Source: Eledone cirrhosa
Taxonomy: Eukaryota
DNA: 64,000 nucleotides
Reading direction: 5' to 3'
NCBI GenBank assembly: GCA_964016885.1
Contig: OZ024742.1
Location: 31,372,001 to 31,436,000, forward strand
Part shown: positions 15,755 through 27,339 of the stretch, piece by piece
How positions within the stretch are numbered: the stretch's first letter is position 1
Layout: each line of letters opens with the position of its first letter
Notes under the pieces: generated by a model
Database searches by the model: none
Seen by the model: the letters and a program-made list of their open reading frames with translations, nothing else
What the model was told of the DNA's origin: nothing
Made by a program: the position numbers and the translations under genes

Positions 15755-16240
15755 ACTTCTCTGAATTAAGAGATCACAGTTCCGATACTATGGGCAAGTG
15801 GTTAGAATGTCTCAGGAAAGAATCATTGGACAGATTTATTGCTTGGAGATCAGTCACTCCAGGTAGAGCCGCTACTTCTTCGAATTGAGAGATCACAACT
15901 CTGATACTATGGACATGTGGTTAGAATGTCTCTGGAAAGAATCACTGGACAGATTTGTAGCACGGAGATCAGAGAATCACTCCAAGTAGAGCTGTTACTT
16001 CTCCGAATTGAGAAATCACAGCTCCGATGCTCAGACATATGATTAGAATGTCTCAGGAAAGAATTGCTGGACAGATTTTATGGGCAAAACCAACTGGCAA
16101 GAAACCCAGGAGTAGACTGTGAACAAGATGGTTGGATAGCATCCATGAGCTTGGCTGGTCTTGCTACTGACAGGACTCACTGGAAGGATTGTTTGAGGAC
16201 TCTGACCTCCTGATTCTCTCAGGAATAAGTGAGGGAAGAA
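15755..16240 (+). mobile_element. RTE-clade LINE 3' fragment with an internal triplication of about 120 bp
   Basis: Encodes LQVEPLLLRIERSQL.YYGHVVRMS three times; homologous to 46440-46900 on the minus strand. Confidence 0.75.
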
Positions 16241-16645
16241 GACTTATTCTTTTATTATTTCACTCATTGGACAATAAATACACCCAGTCCGCTCTATACA
16301 GTGCTAGTGCTGGTGTCACCCAGTCCACTCTGTAAAGTGGTAGTGTTGGTGTTACAATAAATACACCCAGTCCACTCTGTAAAGTGGTAGTGTTGGAGCC
16401 ACAGTAATCATCTTACCATATTGATAATACTGATTACGTCAGCAAACAATAATTACTACAGAAATAAGTCTTAATATAACAAATTGTATCGTTATTAAGC
16501 TGGAATGTAAGTTTGGAATGTAACTTAACAAAGGTTTTTACATAAAATCATGATGGAAGATGTTTAGGGATCTAATAATATCCCTAAATGCTTCACTGTG
16601 GTCACAATGATGATATATATATATATGTATATATATATATATGTA

Positions 16646-16745
16646 GAGGGTGCCCCCAAAAATGTTTACACACTTTGATTATCTGTACAAGTAATATCTA
16701 TTAGAATGCACGGCCTTCGTGTATACATTTTGGGAGGACACCCTG
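16646..16745. mobile_element. 100-bp Tc1/mariner-type MITE
   Basis: TIRs (g)agggtgcccccaaaaatgtttacac / gtgtatacattttgggaggacaccctg, flanked by TA. Confidence 0.75.
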
Positions 16746-16915
16746 TATATATGAAATAAATTTAGAAATGAGGATGTGTAGTTACAAAGAAATATTATAA
16801 AGAAACAAGTATGATTCGAAACTACAATGATCCACAGAAGACAGCCGATGAGCGGGAATCCTCCTTGTGTTTGTGTCTTCCATGTTTTCTATTCCTCTTT
16901 TTCTCACGTGTTTCT

Positions 16916-16955
<40 letters not shown>

Positions 16956-16997
16956 TAGTTGGCCCGCCCGGCTACCATTGGCGTGTTCTACGGCATC

Positions 16998-17030
<33 letters not shown>

Positions 17031-17063
17031 GTATATATATATGTATATATATATATATATATA

Positions 17064-17424
17064 TACGATATTAAATAAATGGAAACTATATTTATAAAAC
17101 CATATTTATTTCATTATATATATTTCAGGGATATCATATTAACAATATGTTATGCCTTCTTCAGACAAAATACAATATAGACAGTTTAATAGATAAATAG
17201 ATTTGACATATATAAAACTGTCTATATTGTATTTTGTCTGAAGAAGGCATAACATATTGTTAATATGATATCCCTGAAATATATATAATGAAATAAATAT
17301 GGTTTTATAAATATAGTTTCCATTTATTTAATATCGTAAATATACTCCAAATACTTGTTGAGTGCTTTTATATCAGTTATAAATATTTACTAGTTGTAAC
17401 CCAACAATTTAAATATAACTTTCC
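17064..17424. mobile_element. Palindromic Penelope-like mini-element in (TA)n
   Basis: 124-bp inverted arms at 17064-17187 and 17215-17338, then a tail containing GAGTGCT. TA repeats on both sides. Each arm holds a hammerhead core. Confidence 0.8.
17230..17295 (+). ncRNA. Minimal type I hammerhead ribozyme (mirror copy on minus strand at 17107-17172)
   Basis: tattttgt-CTGAAGA-[aggcataacatatt gtt aatatgatatccct]-GAAA-tatata-TA-atgaaata: stems I and II plus a palindromic 6-nt stem III. Confidence 0.75.
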
Positions 17425-18710
17425 ATATATATATATATATATATATATATAGCTGACGTACCTAGCTTCGCTTGGATAAACAGATGGTGTAGGACAGAAC
17501 AAAGGAGAGACAAAATAAAAACCCACTCACTGAGGAAGTCAGGTGATAAAAACTGACCTTGCCCACCTACACCTCTCTAAGACAATGACACTGGGCCGTG
17601 ACCTTTGGCGCCATGCAGTTGTACAGAAGACCCGACTACCATTGCATACAAACCTACAGTCAGTAGGTACCTCTAAACTCAATGTACACCCCACCGCCAC
17701 ACCCTACCCCATCCTCCCTCTCCTGTTCCGTCCACTGTGTCGATGACACAACAGTCCACACTGTAAGGTGGTCGTGTAGGAGACACGGTGAAAAGGCTCC
17801 CAGTCCACACTGTAAATGTGGTTGGTGTTAGGAAGGGCATCCAGCTGTAAAAAAAAAAAAAAAAAAATGCCAGAGAAGCTTCCGTGCGAGCGAGACATGG
17901 TCTCCCGACCATTCCCGCATCAAATGGAACAAAACCGTTTAACCCATGCTAACGTTGAGATGGACGTTAAATGATGATAATGATATATACGTATATATAT
18001 TGGATGTTACTGTGTATATTCAAGGGAGATTACTCAGCAAGCATAACTGGCGTGGGCTTGGTTATTTTTCAACGCTTAAATTAATTCAGGGGAGGAAATT
18101 CAACAACGCACAAGTTTGTAGCTTTTTTCAACTAAAGTCTGTCTCAAACCAGAAGGCTCGTTAGTCTGGTGCTTATCTCGGCTTCATGGCGTGAAGCGAC
18201 TAAGAGTACAAGACACCACCCTGGACAGGACGCCAGTCCATCTCAGAGTTAAATCCCCAGCTATTGCTGGTACTGATTTTCAGCTGAGTATTCTGGAACA
18301 ACGTGAAATGTAGTGTTTTGCACATGAACACTACGCAACACAGCCCAGGAATCAAAGCCACGACATTATGATCATAAGTCCAATATCATTACCAATAGGC
18401 TTTTCAACTGGTTTAATGATAATCCTCTATGTAATTTTTTAAACATAACTATGATATATAATCAAATAAAGTTATGTAAGGTGTAAATCACCGAGAACTT
18501 TTATTTCATTGTTTATTCTGTTGTAAATCTGAATTTTAAACAGATAAAATGCCCGTGTATAAAGCACATGAAAGAAAAAATTGTCGACAAGGAAGGACGT
18601 TTGACCACGTCTTGACTAAACAAAATATAATATTTCCACCAAAAACTGCCCTTTAAACACATGCCAGGTGGATTACAATATTCATTATTACAAATACTTT
18701 GACTGTTCCC

Positions 18711-18876
18711 GGCACTACAACGCTATTAGCTGTCAGTCCAGTGGAAAACAGGCGAAGGTGACGTCAATCGTCAACATCGTTTATTTCCGTATTACTACCA
18801 CGCGTAAGTGGAGTTTTCACGCGCTTTTATTTTTTTGAGAGAGAGAGGGAAGAGGAGAGATAGGGAAGAGAGAGAG

Positions 18877-18910
<34 letters not shown>

Positions 18911-19159
18911 AGACTTAAAAGGGCCAAATTAGAAAACAAATAGAAAACAAGTTATGGTTATAAAGCATATCGATGTAAGGGGAGTTACTTAAATGAAAAT
19001 ATAGGTGGCCCTTAAAAGGGCCAAATTAGAAAACAAATTTAAGTTAATTAGAAAACAAGTCATGGTTATCAATGTAGAAAACAAGTCATTCATAAATTTA
19101 AGTTTTATAATCAAATTTTTTTCACCAACAAATATGACAGCTAATAGCGTTGTAGTGCC
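18711..19159. mobile_element. MITE-like element with perfect 25-bp inverted repeats
   Basis: GGCACTACAACGCTATTAGCTGTCA at 18711-18735 and its exact reverse complement at 19135-19159, with an internal GA tract. No clear TSD. Confidence 0.7.
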
Positions 19160-19196
19160 CGCAATTCTGTATCTTTACGTATATTGCGCATAGATA

Positions 19197-19430
19197 CGAG
19201 GGTTGACAAAAATACTCTCATGGAATGTGACCAAATGAGGTTTATTTTTCAACAAAATCACCCTTGCGTTCCACACACTTCTTCCATCGGTGTTGCAGTA
19301 CTGAGATCAATGTTTTCCTCGGTAGTGGCAGTTGTAGGACATCCAGACATTGGGTCATCTTCAAGAATCCCCTATCCTTTCCTAAATTCGGCTGCCCACT
19401 TTTGCACAAAGGAAAATTGTGGTACAATAT
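19197..19430 (-). mobile_element. Mariner transposon 3' remnant
   Basis: LQHRWKKCVERKGDFVEK* resembles the mariner transposase C-terminus RWxKCVxxxGDYVEK; terminus TA|CGAGGGT. Confidence 0.8.
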
Positions 19431-20249
19431 TGTAAGGTCTGCTTATAGCATTATCCATCTTTCAAAAATGAAGGTCCACATTTCGTCGACTTCAATACAT
19501 TTTATTACATTTTATTGTATTATAAACATTAACTTTTATGGAAATTTTATTACAAAATTTCAATTTAGTTCGATTTTTTGGAATTTATTTAACAAACATG
19601 GAAAAATAAGAAAAAGAATAAAATAAAAAATAATTTGATTGCCTTTAATAAAGAAGATAAATAGAGTGGAACTGATTTCCAGGTCATACTAATGAGACAA
19701 GGTTTTTTTCCATTACTGATATTATCTGTCTGCCGCAAGTCCTGGTAGAAGATGCTACACGAACTAAAGTATTTTACTGAAGGACGCAACATGCTGCAGG
19801 ATCGAAGAAACGAGCCCATGACTTTATAATGGTTAGTCCAGTACCGTAACCCCTAAGCCTGTGTCTTCACAGAGGAAAGGTCAATCATATTATAACAGAT
19901 TAGATGGGTACTATGTTAGATATTACTATGTGTCATATTATACCAAAGAGGAAGTGTGCTGTATAATAAACATTGATATCAGGTTGATTCAATAACTACC
20001 CGGTCCCAAATATGAACCCATGAACTTATGGTCGTCAGTCAAACACTTTAACCATTGTATGTATGTATGTATACACGTATGGATGGATGTATGTATGTGA
20101 AGTATGTATGGATGGATGTATGTATGGATGGATGTATGTATGTATACATGTATATATGTAAGTATGTATGCGTGTATGAGAACAACTGGAAGGAATTCAG
20201 GAGCTTGGTCCTATGAGGCTTCAGCAGAGGTCCTTGGCTTTGTCACAAG

Positions 20250-22660
20250 AAAACAAAGACTGGTTTGATGAGAATGACCAGGAGGTCAAGGCTCTGCTAG
20301 ACAGAAAACAAAAGGCACTTGATGCAGTTCTTAAAGGTGGTAGCTCTGTTGGTGACAATAATGAGCATTACAGACAGGTAAAGAAGGAAGTGCAGGTGAA
20401 ACTCAGAGCTATGCAAAATACCTGGTGGAGCAACAAAGCAGATGAAGTTCAAGTGGCATCTGACGGCAACAATGTGAAACTGCCGCACTTTCTACTCACA
20501 GAGGTGTATGGCCCTTTCAGCTCTCCAGTGGCCCCTTTGAGATCGAAAGATGGCAAGCAATTACTGCGTGACCCAAAAGACACTCGACAGATAGAGAGAT
20601 CACTTTGATGAGCTCTTAAACCAGGTTGATGATGATTTCATTTGTTCCATTCCTATTGAACCAGTGAAGCATATGAGATGGCTAATGTATCTTCTCTTGC
20701 AGAGGGGACTTCTGTTGTGCATAAGCTGAACTGTGGTAAGTCTCCTGGTATGGATGGTCTGAGTGGAGCGGTTTTGAAGTGTGGTGGTGAAAACTTCACG
20801 CAGCGCCTGACTGACCTCATGAAAATGGTGTGGGAAGATGAGAATGTCCCACAAGAAGGATGCGCTCATGGTGATTCTCCATAAAGGAAAGGACGGCAAG
20901 GACAAATGTGGCAATTATCATGTCATATCCCTTCTTTCAGTAGTTGGTAAAGTCGTGTCGAATATTGATGGATAGATTGATCCCAAGAGTTGCTCTGAAT
21001 GTGTTGCATGAGTCGCGGTGTGGGTTCAGAAACGAAAGAGGAACAGTGGATATGATCGTTTCTGCTCGGCAGCTGCAAGAAAAGTGTATCGAACAATGTA
21101 TGGACCTTTACCAGGTCTTTGTTGACTTGACAAAGGCCTTTGACACTGTCAATCGAACTGCGTTGTGGGAAAAAAATCCAAGGTAGGGTAGAAGATTCTG
21201 CATCTTTTCCATGATGACATGAAGGCTTTGGTCAGTATTGGTGGTAGCATCTCTGAACCAATATCAGTTGAAAATGGAGTGAAGCAGGGGGACATTCCGG
21301 CTCCAACTCTGTTTTCCTTATATTTTACGATAGTGTTTCTCATGGCATTCAAATATTGTTCTCATGGGGTTTACATCAGGTATCGCACTTCAGGAAGGTT
21401 GTTCAACACCAGGCGCTTTGGTACAAGCACAAAGGTATTAACATCTATAATCCGAGAGTTTTTGTATGCAGACGACTGCGATCTTTTTGCACACTCACAA
21501 AGTGACATGCAGCATATTATGAACTTTTTTTATGCAGCTTGCAGCACTTTGGGCATCACAATAAGCTTGGAAAAGACTGTTGTGATGTATCAGCCAGCAC
21601 CTGGAAACGAGTACACTGCACCAAGTGTGTACGTGTACGGAAAGAGGCTAAAAGTTGCCGACAAGTTTGTTTACCTTGGTAGTACGTTGAACACTTCATG
21701 CACACATGATAATGAAATATTTTTAAGAATCAAGAAAGCCAGTGATGCTTTTGGACGGCTGCATCAACGTTTATGGTCCAGACGAGGTATCACTATCGAA
21801 ACCAAGGTGAAAGTGTATCTGACTTGTGTCATCTCCTCTTTACTTTATGTTTGTGAAACGTGGGTCACATACAGAAAGCAGCTCAAGGATCTGGAGAGAT
21901 TTCACCAACAATCTCTTCATAAGTTACTTGGGGTGTGGTGGAAAATGTTCGCAGTGATTTTGAAGTTCTAGAACGGAGCAGGTGCTTGACGAAAGAGAGC
22001 ATAATCTTTCGGTATCGGTTGAGGTGGTGCAGTCACGTGGTCCGGATGTCTGATGATCGTATTCCAAAGCAACTTCTCTATGGAGAACTGTGTGAAGGAA
22101 GGCGACCACCACATAAACTAAAAAGGCGGTACCGGGACTGTATCAGGGGAACCTTGGCTTGTGCTAGAATTTCATCTGACGAATGGGAGAAAATGGCTGA
22201 CGAGCGTGTGAAGTGGAGACGTTTGATCAAGCCAGGTGGTGAACACTTTGAAACTTGTCGGAGAGAACACCTAACACTGAAAAGGAAGGTGAGGATTTAG
22301 ACTGTTCTGAACTGCCTGCTGTTGAACATCATCTGGTTTGCCAACACTGTGGTCGAGTCAGCCTGAGCAAAGCTGGTTTGATTAGACATGAACAAAGTCA
22401 TATCAGTAGACCTCATGTAGATTATCATCTGAAAAGGTGTAAGAAATGTACAAGCATGGGAGGTCTTAAAAGATACATGTGAACATACAGCCAGAACAAA
22501 GCAATGGAAGGTTTCGGAGGAGCCTAAAGTTGCCATGTGTGTGCCAGAGGATGCAAGTATTTGGCTGGTTTAAAGAGTCACATTTGTGCTTCACATTTTT
22601 GAACATTTTATCGGGCGATGGCAATACTTGAACACGAGTTTGCAGCCATCATGTAGTATG
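20250..22660 (+). mobile_element. 5'-truncated, frameshifted RTE (BovB-like) LINE
   Basis: KDWFDEND, KSPGMDG, FVDLTKAFDTV, GVKQG, LYADD, F.YLGS, C-terminal CxxC..H...H finger; (TATG)n tail. Confidence 0.92.
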
Positions 22661-22682
22661 TATGTATGTTATGTATGTATGT

Positions 22683-23310
22683 CGGGTCACTCTTGAGTGC
22701 TATTTGTAACCCAGTACAACCTGTCGCATGGTCGGGTCGTCGGTGACTAAACCGGCAACCCCACCAAGTTTACTTGGTGAGAAGGGTGATTTTGGACACC
22801 CTGCAGGACAAAAAACAAAACCTGACAAAGGGCGGAAGATCTCATAAGAGTCAACGGCCATTCAAAAGTGTGTAAATATGTATATACACATGTACATATG
22901 TATGTATATGTATATGTGTATATACATGGGTGCATGTGTATGTACATGCGCGGGGACATAGAAATAATCGGGCTGGACACCCAATCGCGCGGTTAAACCA
23001 CTGGGAGTGAAGGACCCCTAGCCTTTGTCAGGGCATTCTTCTAGGAGAAGGCAACTCAGGAAACTGGGATAACTCCGATATAAAACCTGCGGCTCAGTAG
23101 TTACCGATGATGTTGATATTTTCTTCTTTTCGGGTTATAGCTACTGTCGCTCAGAGAGTGGGATTGGCTCAGTGCACAGTCTTTCCTCATTTAAAAAAAT
23201 ATCTTCATGCACAGGCATTGCACGATAGAATTAATTAATAATTATTAATAATGGTATATCGTGCAATGGCCATACTCGATAACGAGGGGGTAGCCATCAT
23301 GTATGCATGC
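22683..23310 (+). mobile_element. Non-autonomous RTE-tailed element
   Basis: Its 3' end (tatcgtgcaatggccatactcga..gagggggtagccatcatgtatg) resembles the 3' end of the adjacent RTE at about 22610-22660. No RT is encoded. Confidence 0.55.
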
Positions 23311-23502
23311 ATGCGAGTATGTATGTGTGTATGTTTGAGTGTGTGTATGTGTATATATGTGTGTGTGCGTGCGTGTGTGTATATATATATGTGTGCATGT
23401 GGGTGTGTATATATATATCTCCATATACATATTTATTCAGCTGATATATATTCTGAAACTACATTGCCCAGGGTACTTGTATAAGTATATTTCATTTTAA
23501 TC

Positions 23503-24162
23503 AAAGGGTTCATCGGGGGCACAAAACCGCCGCTGAAACTTTACCTTCGATTTATATGAAATTTAAACCATAGGTAAATGATAAGATATGATGCCTATTC
23601 ACAAAATTTCAGCAAATTTCAATAAAATTAAAATACCCTAATGGGGGTTAAACCCCCTATTAGGGTTCACCGGTGGCACAAACCCCTGCTGAAAATGTTT
23701 TCCCTTCGATTTATATGCAATTTCAACCATAGATAAATGAAGAGATATGATGCCTATTCACAAAATTTCAATACTATAAGACACCTTAATGGTCGTTAAA
23801 CCCCCTATTAGGGTTCCCCAGGGGTACAAACCCCCGCTGAAAACTTTTCCCTTTCGATTTATATGAAACTTAAACCATAGGTAAATGACAAGATATGCCT
23901 ATTCACAAAAATTTTCAATCGATATTTACAAGAAACAAAATAAGAAACAAAACAAGAAACAAAATAAGAATAAGATTTAATAATGCAATTTTGATTTGAT
24001 ATATTACAAAAAATGATGTTTTCCAATTTTTCATGCATTATATTTTACATTGAGTAATATTGAGTTTTTCTCCATAAATTATATCACTGATTTAAAATCA
24101 ATCATCATTTTCTTACAAAAAAAAATGTGTGAAACGCAGCAAGGCGCTGGTAATTCGGCTAG
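23503..24162 (+). repeat. Three tandem units of about 150 bp ending in a CTAGT terminus (Helitron/Helentron-like)
   Basis: Repeated aggg..cacaaaccc.gctgaaa..ccttcgatttatatg..ccatag..atgcctattcacaaaattt; ends ggcgctggtaattcggCTAG|T. Confidence 0.55.
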
Positions 24163-24199
24163 TATATATATATATGTGAGTGTGTGTGTATATATGTGT

Positions 24200-25200
24200 G
24201 TGTGCTCATTATGTAGGAGAGGTGTAGGTAGAAACTCCATCCTCTGCCCCATATGCAAACTATGGGTACACAAGAGATGTAGTGGGATCTCAGGAAGTTT
24301 AGTTAAGAATGTAGGCTTTACATGTAGCAGTTGCATCAGGACAGTAAGCAGCAAACAATCACTGAAAACAAGTAACATCAAAGTCTTGGAGGACTTGGTA
24401 AAAACAATACCGAATTAGCAGTGGAGGGGGGTGTTCTGAAAGAACGGGATGGAAGAAGTTGAGGGAGCTACTGCCACAGCTGGATACAAAAGGCTTTTCC
24501 CTCAGAATAAAAGGTAGACTGTATGATGTGTGCATATGAACGGCAATGTTGCATGGTAGTGAGAGCTGGGCGCTGTGTGTAGAAGACTTGCGTAGATTAG
24601 AAAGGAATGAAGCTTGTCTGCTCCGATGGATGTGTAATAGTAATATACGCGAACAGCAAAGCATAAACAAACTGAAAGAGAAACTAGGCATAAGAGGAAT
24701 CAAATGCTGTGTGCAGGAGAGGAGATTATGTTGGTATGGACATGATTCATATGAAGGATGACAGCTACATAAAGTCCCAGAAAGACTTGAGATGAAGTGA
24801 TAAAAGCCGACCTTGCCCAATTGCACCTCTGAAAGGCAATGACACAGGACCAAGATCTCTGGCGTTATGAGGTAATACAGAAACCCCAACTTCCCACGGG
24901 CCCAGGCCAAGGCTGAAACATACATACAGTATGCACCACTCCATCCCACCCGCCAATATATCTTTCATGAGGACAGGCCGAAACACTGTAAAAGCAGTCG
25001 TGGTGACACGGTAAAAAACACCCAGTCCACACTGTAAAGTAGTCGTGGAGGAATCACAACAAAAAACACCCAGTCCACACTGTAAAGTAGTCGTGGAGGA
25101 ATCACAACAAAAAACACCCAGTACTCACTGTAAATGAGCTTGGCATTAGGAAGGGCATCCAGCTGTAGAAACCAAGCCAAAATCAGTTCTTTATGGTCAC
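24200..25200 (+). mobile_element. Decayed RTE-X-like LINE 3' part
   Basis: CSLCRRGVGRNSILC..CKLWVHKRCSG and MLHGSESWAL; same family as 48400-49790. Confidence 0.85.
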
Positions 25201-25226
25201 CTGACCTAACATGGCCAACAATAGAA

Positions 25227-25605
25227 GGCACATGGCTTAGTGGTTAGAGCATTGGGCTTGCAATTGAAAGATTGTGAGTTTAATTCTCGAACCGGGCGAT
25301 GTGTTGTTTCCTTGAGCAAGACACTTTATTTCACATTGCTCCAGTTTACTCAGCTGTAGAAATGAGATGATAGGACTGGGGTCCATATCATTCCACTGCA
25401 AAGTGGTCGTGGAGGTGCCACGGCAAAAAAAAAAACACCCAGCACTCACTGTAAATGAGGTTGGTGTTAGGAAGGGCATCCAGCTGTAGAAATCAAGACA
25501 GAATCAGTTCCCGTATGAGCAAGACAAGGTCAGCCGACCGGACACTGCCTACAACAGGACAACCCATGCTAGCGTAGAAGAACTGACATAAAATGATGAT
25601 GATGA
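25227..25605 (+). mobile_element. tRNA-derived SINE with LINE-derived (GAT)n tail
   Basis: A-box tggcttagtggttagagc, CORE-like middle, gttaggaagggcatccagctgtag tail shared with the RTE-X-like LINE. Confidence 0.8.
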
Positions 25606-25619
25606 AATATAACAGTTTT

Positions 25620-25998
25620 ATAGCTTGCTTGAAGCATTGATGAATAGGAAACACAAATTTTAATTTTGAAAACCAAGTTGAGGGCCTTTGAACCCCAGGC
25701 TATTGAAATAGCTGCTCCTGATTCTAGATGTGGAAGACGGGACCTTTGGTACCACACAGTGACGTCCTGTTCGAGAATTGGTCCAGCTCTCAATGCGAAA
25801 GTTTGGTCTTAATCCACCCAGGATTTTCCATATGTATATCATTGCATATCTCTCCTGTCTTCATTCCGAGGAGTAGAGTTTCAGTTCTTTTAGACTCTCC
25901 CAGTAGTTTATCTCCTTCATCGTGGCAACCTTCTTGGTGTAGCTTCATTGGATTGCTTCAAGCTCCATGGTTAGTTTGATACTATGGGGTGACCACAT
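25620..25998 (-). mobile_element. CR1/L2-group LINE 3' fragment
   Basis: Minus-strand MIYIWKILGGLRPN...RTGRHCVVP...SLGFKGPQL resembles CR1-group ORF2 ends. Confidence 0.6.
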
Positions 25999-25999
25999 T

Positions 26000-26353
26000 T
26001 CATTTTACGTCCACTTTTTCCCTGCTTGCAAGGGTGAGACGGGAACTGATTCTGGCTTGATTTCTACAGCTGGATGCCCTTCCTAACACCAACCTCATTT
26101 ACAGTAAGTGCTGGGTGCTTTTTTAACGTGACACCTCCACATCCACTTTTCAGTGTGGGCTGGGTGCTTTTTTGCCGTGGCACCTCCACGACCACTTTGC
26201 AGTGGAATGATAGGGACCCCAGTCCTATCATCTCATTTCTACAGCTGAGTAAACTGGAGCAAAGTGAAATAAAGTGTCTTGCTCAAGGAAACAACACATC
26301 ACCCGGTGTGAGAATTGAACTCACAACCTTTCGATTGCAAGGCCAATGCTCTC
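26000..26353 (-). mobile_element. tRNA-derived SINE (same family as 25227)
   Basis: Reverse-complement homology. Further copies at 29253-29587 and 55955-56287, both minus. Confidence 0.8.
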
Positions 26354-26404
26354 AATATGTATGTATGTATATATATATATATATACACACATATATATAA
26401 ACTA

Positions 26405-26494
<90 letters not shown>

Positions 26495-26497
26495 CCT

Positions 26498-26561
26498 TAA
26501 TTGATATATATTTATCCTTATCGAGCCCTCTTTGGATTTTAGTCTTCATATGTATTATTAT

Positions 26562-26646
<85 letters not shown>

Positions 26647-27218
26647 GTAATAATAATACATATGAAGACTAAAATCCAAAGAGGGCTCGATAAGGATAAA
26701 TATATATCAATTATATAAGAACCGTAGAGCAAATATTTATTAAAATAACAGATTAAAGTTTAAGCAAAGAATCGGCTGCTTTCACCCTTAATGGGATCTT
26801 CTGAAACTAAAAAAAAATCAATCTGTGAACGCAGAAGTAAATATTTCGAAAAACGTTGCAACCGAAGGAAGACAGGAAGACGATACTTTGGTTCGTGGAG
26901 ACGTAGTTTTAGGATTTCTTCCAGCTTGGTATGGGTATGTTTTTTGTAGAAATATTCAGATGTTGTTTCTGCATGATGAATATAAGTCAATAGAGTACTC
27001 AATCAAGGGAGCCAAATAGTAATAATAATAATTTTGAAGATTAACATCCAAAGAGGGCTCGATAAGGATAAATATATATCAAATATATAAGAACTGTAGA
27101 GCAAATATTTATTAAAATAACAGATTAAAGTTTAAGCAAAGAATCGGCTGCTTTCACCCTTAATGGGATCTTCTGAAACTAAAAAAAATCAATCTGTGAA
27201 CGCAGAAGTAAATATTTC
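26498..27218. mobile_element. Penelope-like pseudo-LTR remnant: partial tandem plus inverted 5' copy
   Basis: Direct repeats at 26645-26847 and 27017-27218 (period 371). Inverted copy at 26498-26566 across a (TA)n tract. GAGTACTC motif present. Confidence 0.65.
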
Positions 27219-27339
27219 TAAGCCGACCTTTCCCAATTGCACCTCTCAAGGGCAATGACACACGACCATGACCTCTGGCGTCACACAGTAATACAGAAGA
27301 CCCGACTTTCCACAGGAACATATAGACAATATTTGTTTT

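Noticed and set aside
16790-16860. Hammerhead candidate (gattcGAAActac...CCGATGA)
   Set aside because: The core is too degenerate and the stems could not be completed; at most an old PLE-type remnant.
25227-25300. tRNA gene
   Set aside because: tRNA-like A/B boxes continue into a SINE body present in many copies; no full cloverleaf.
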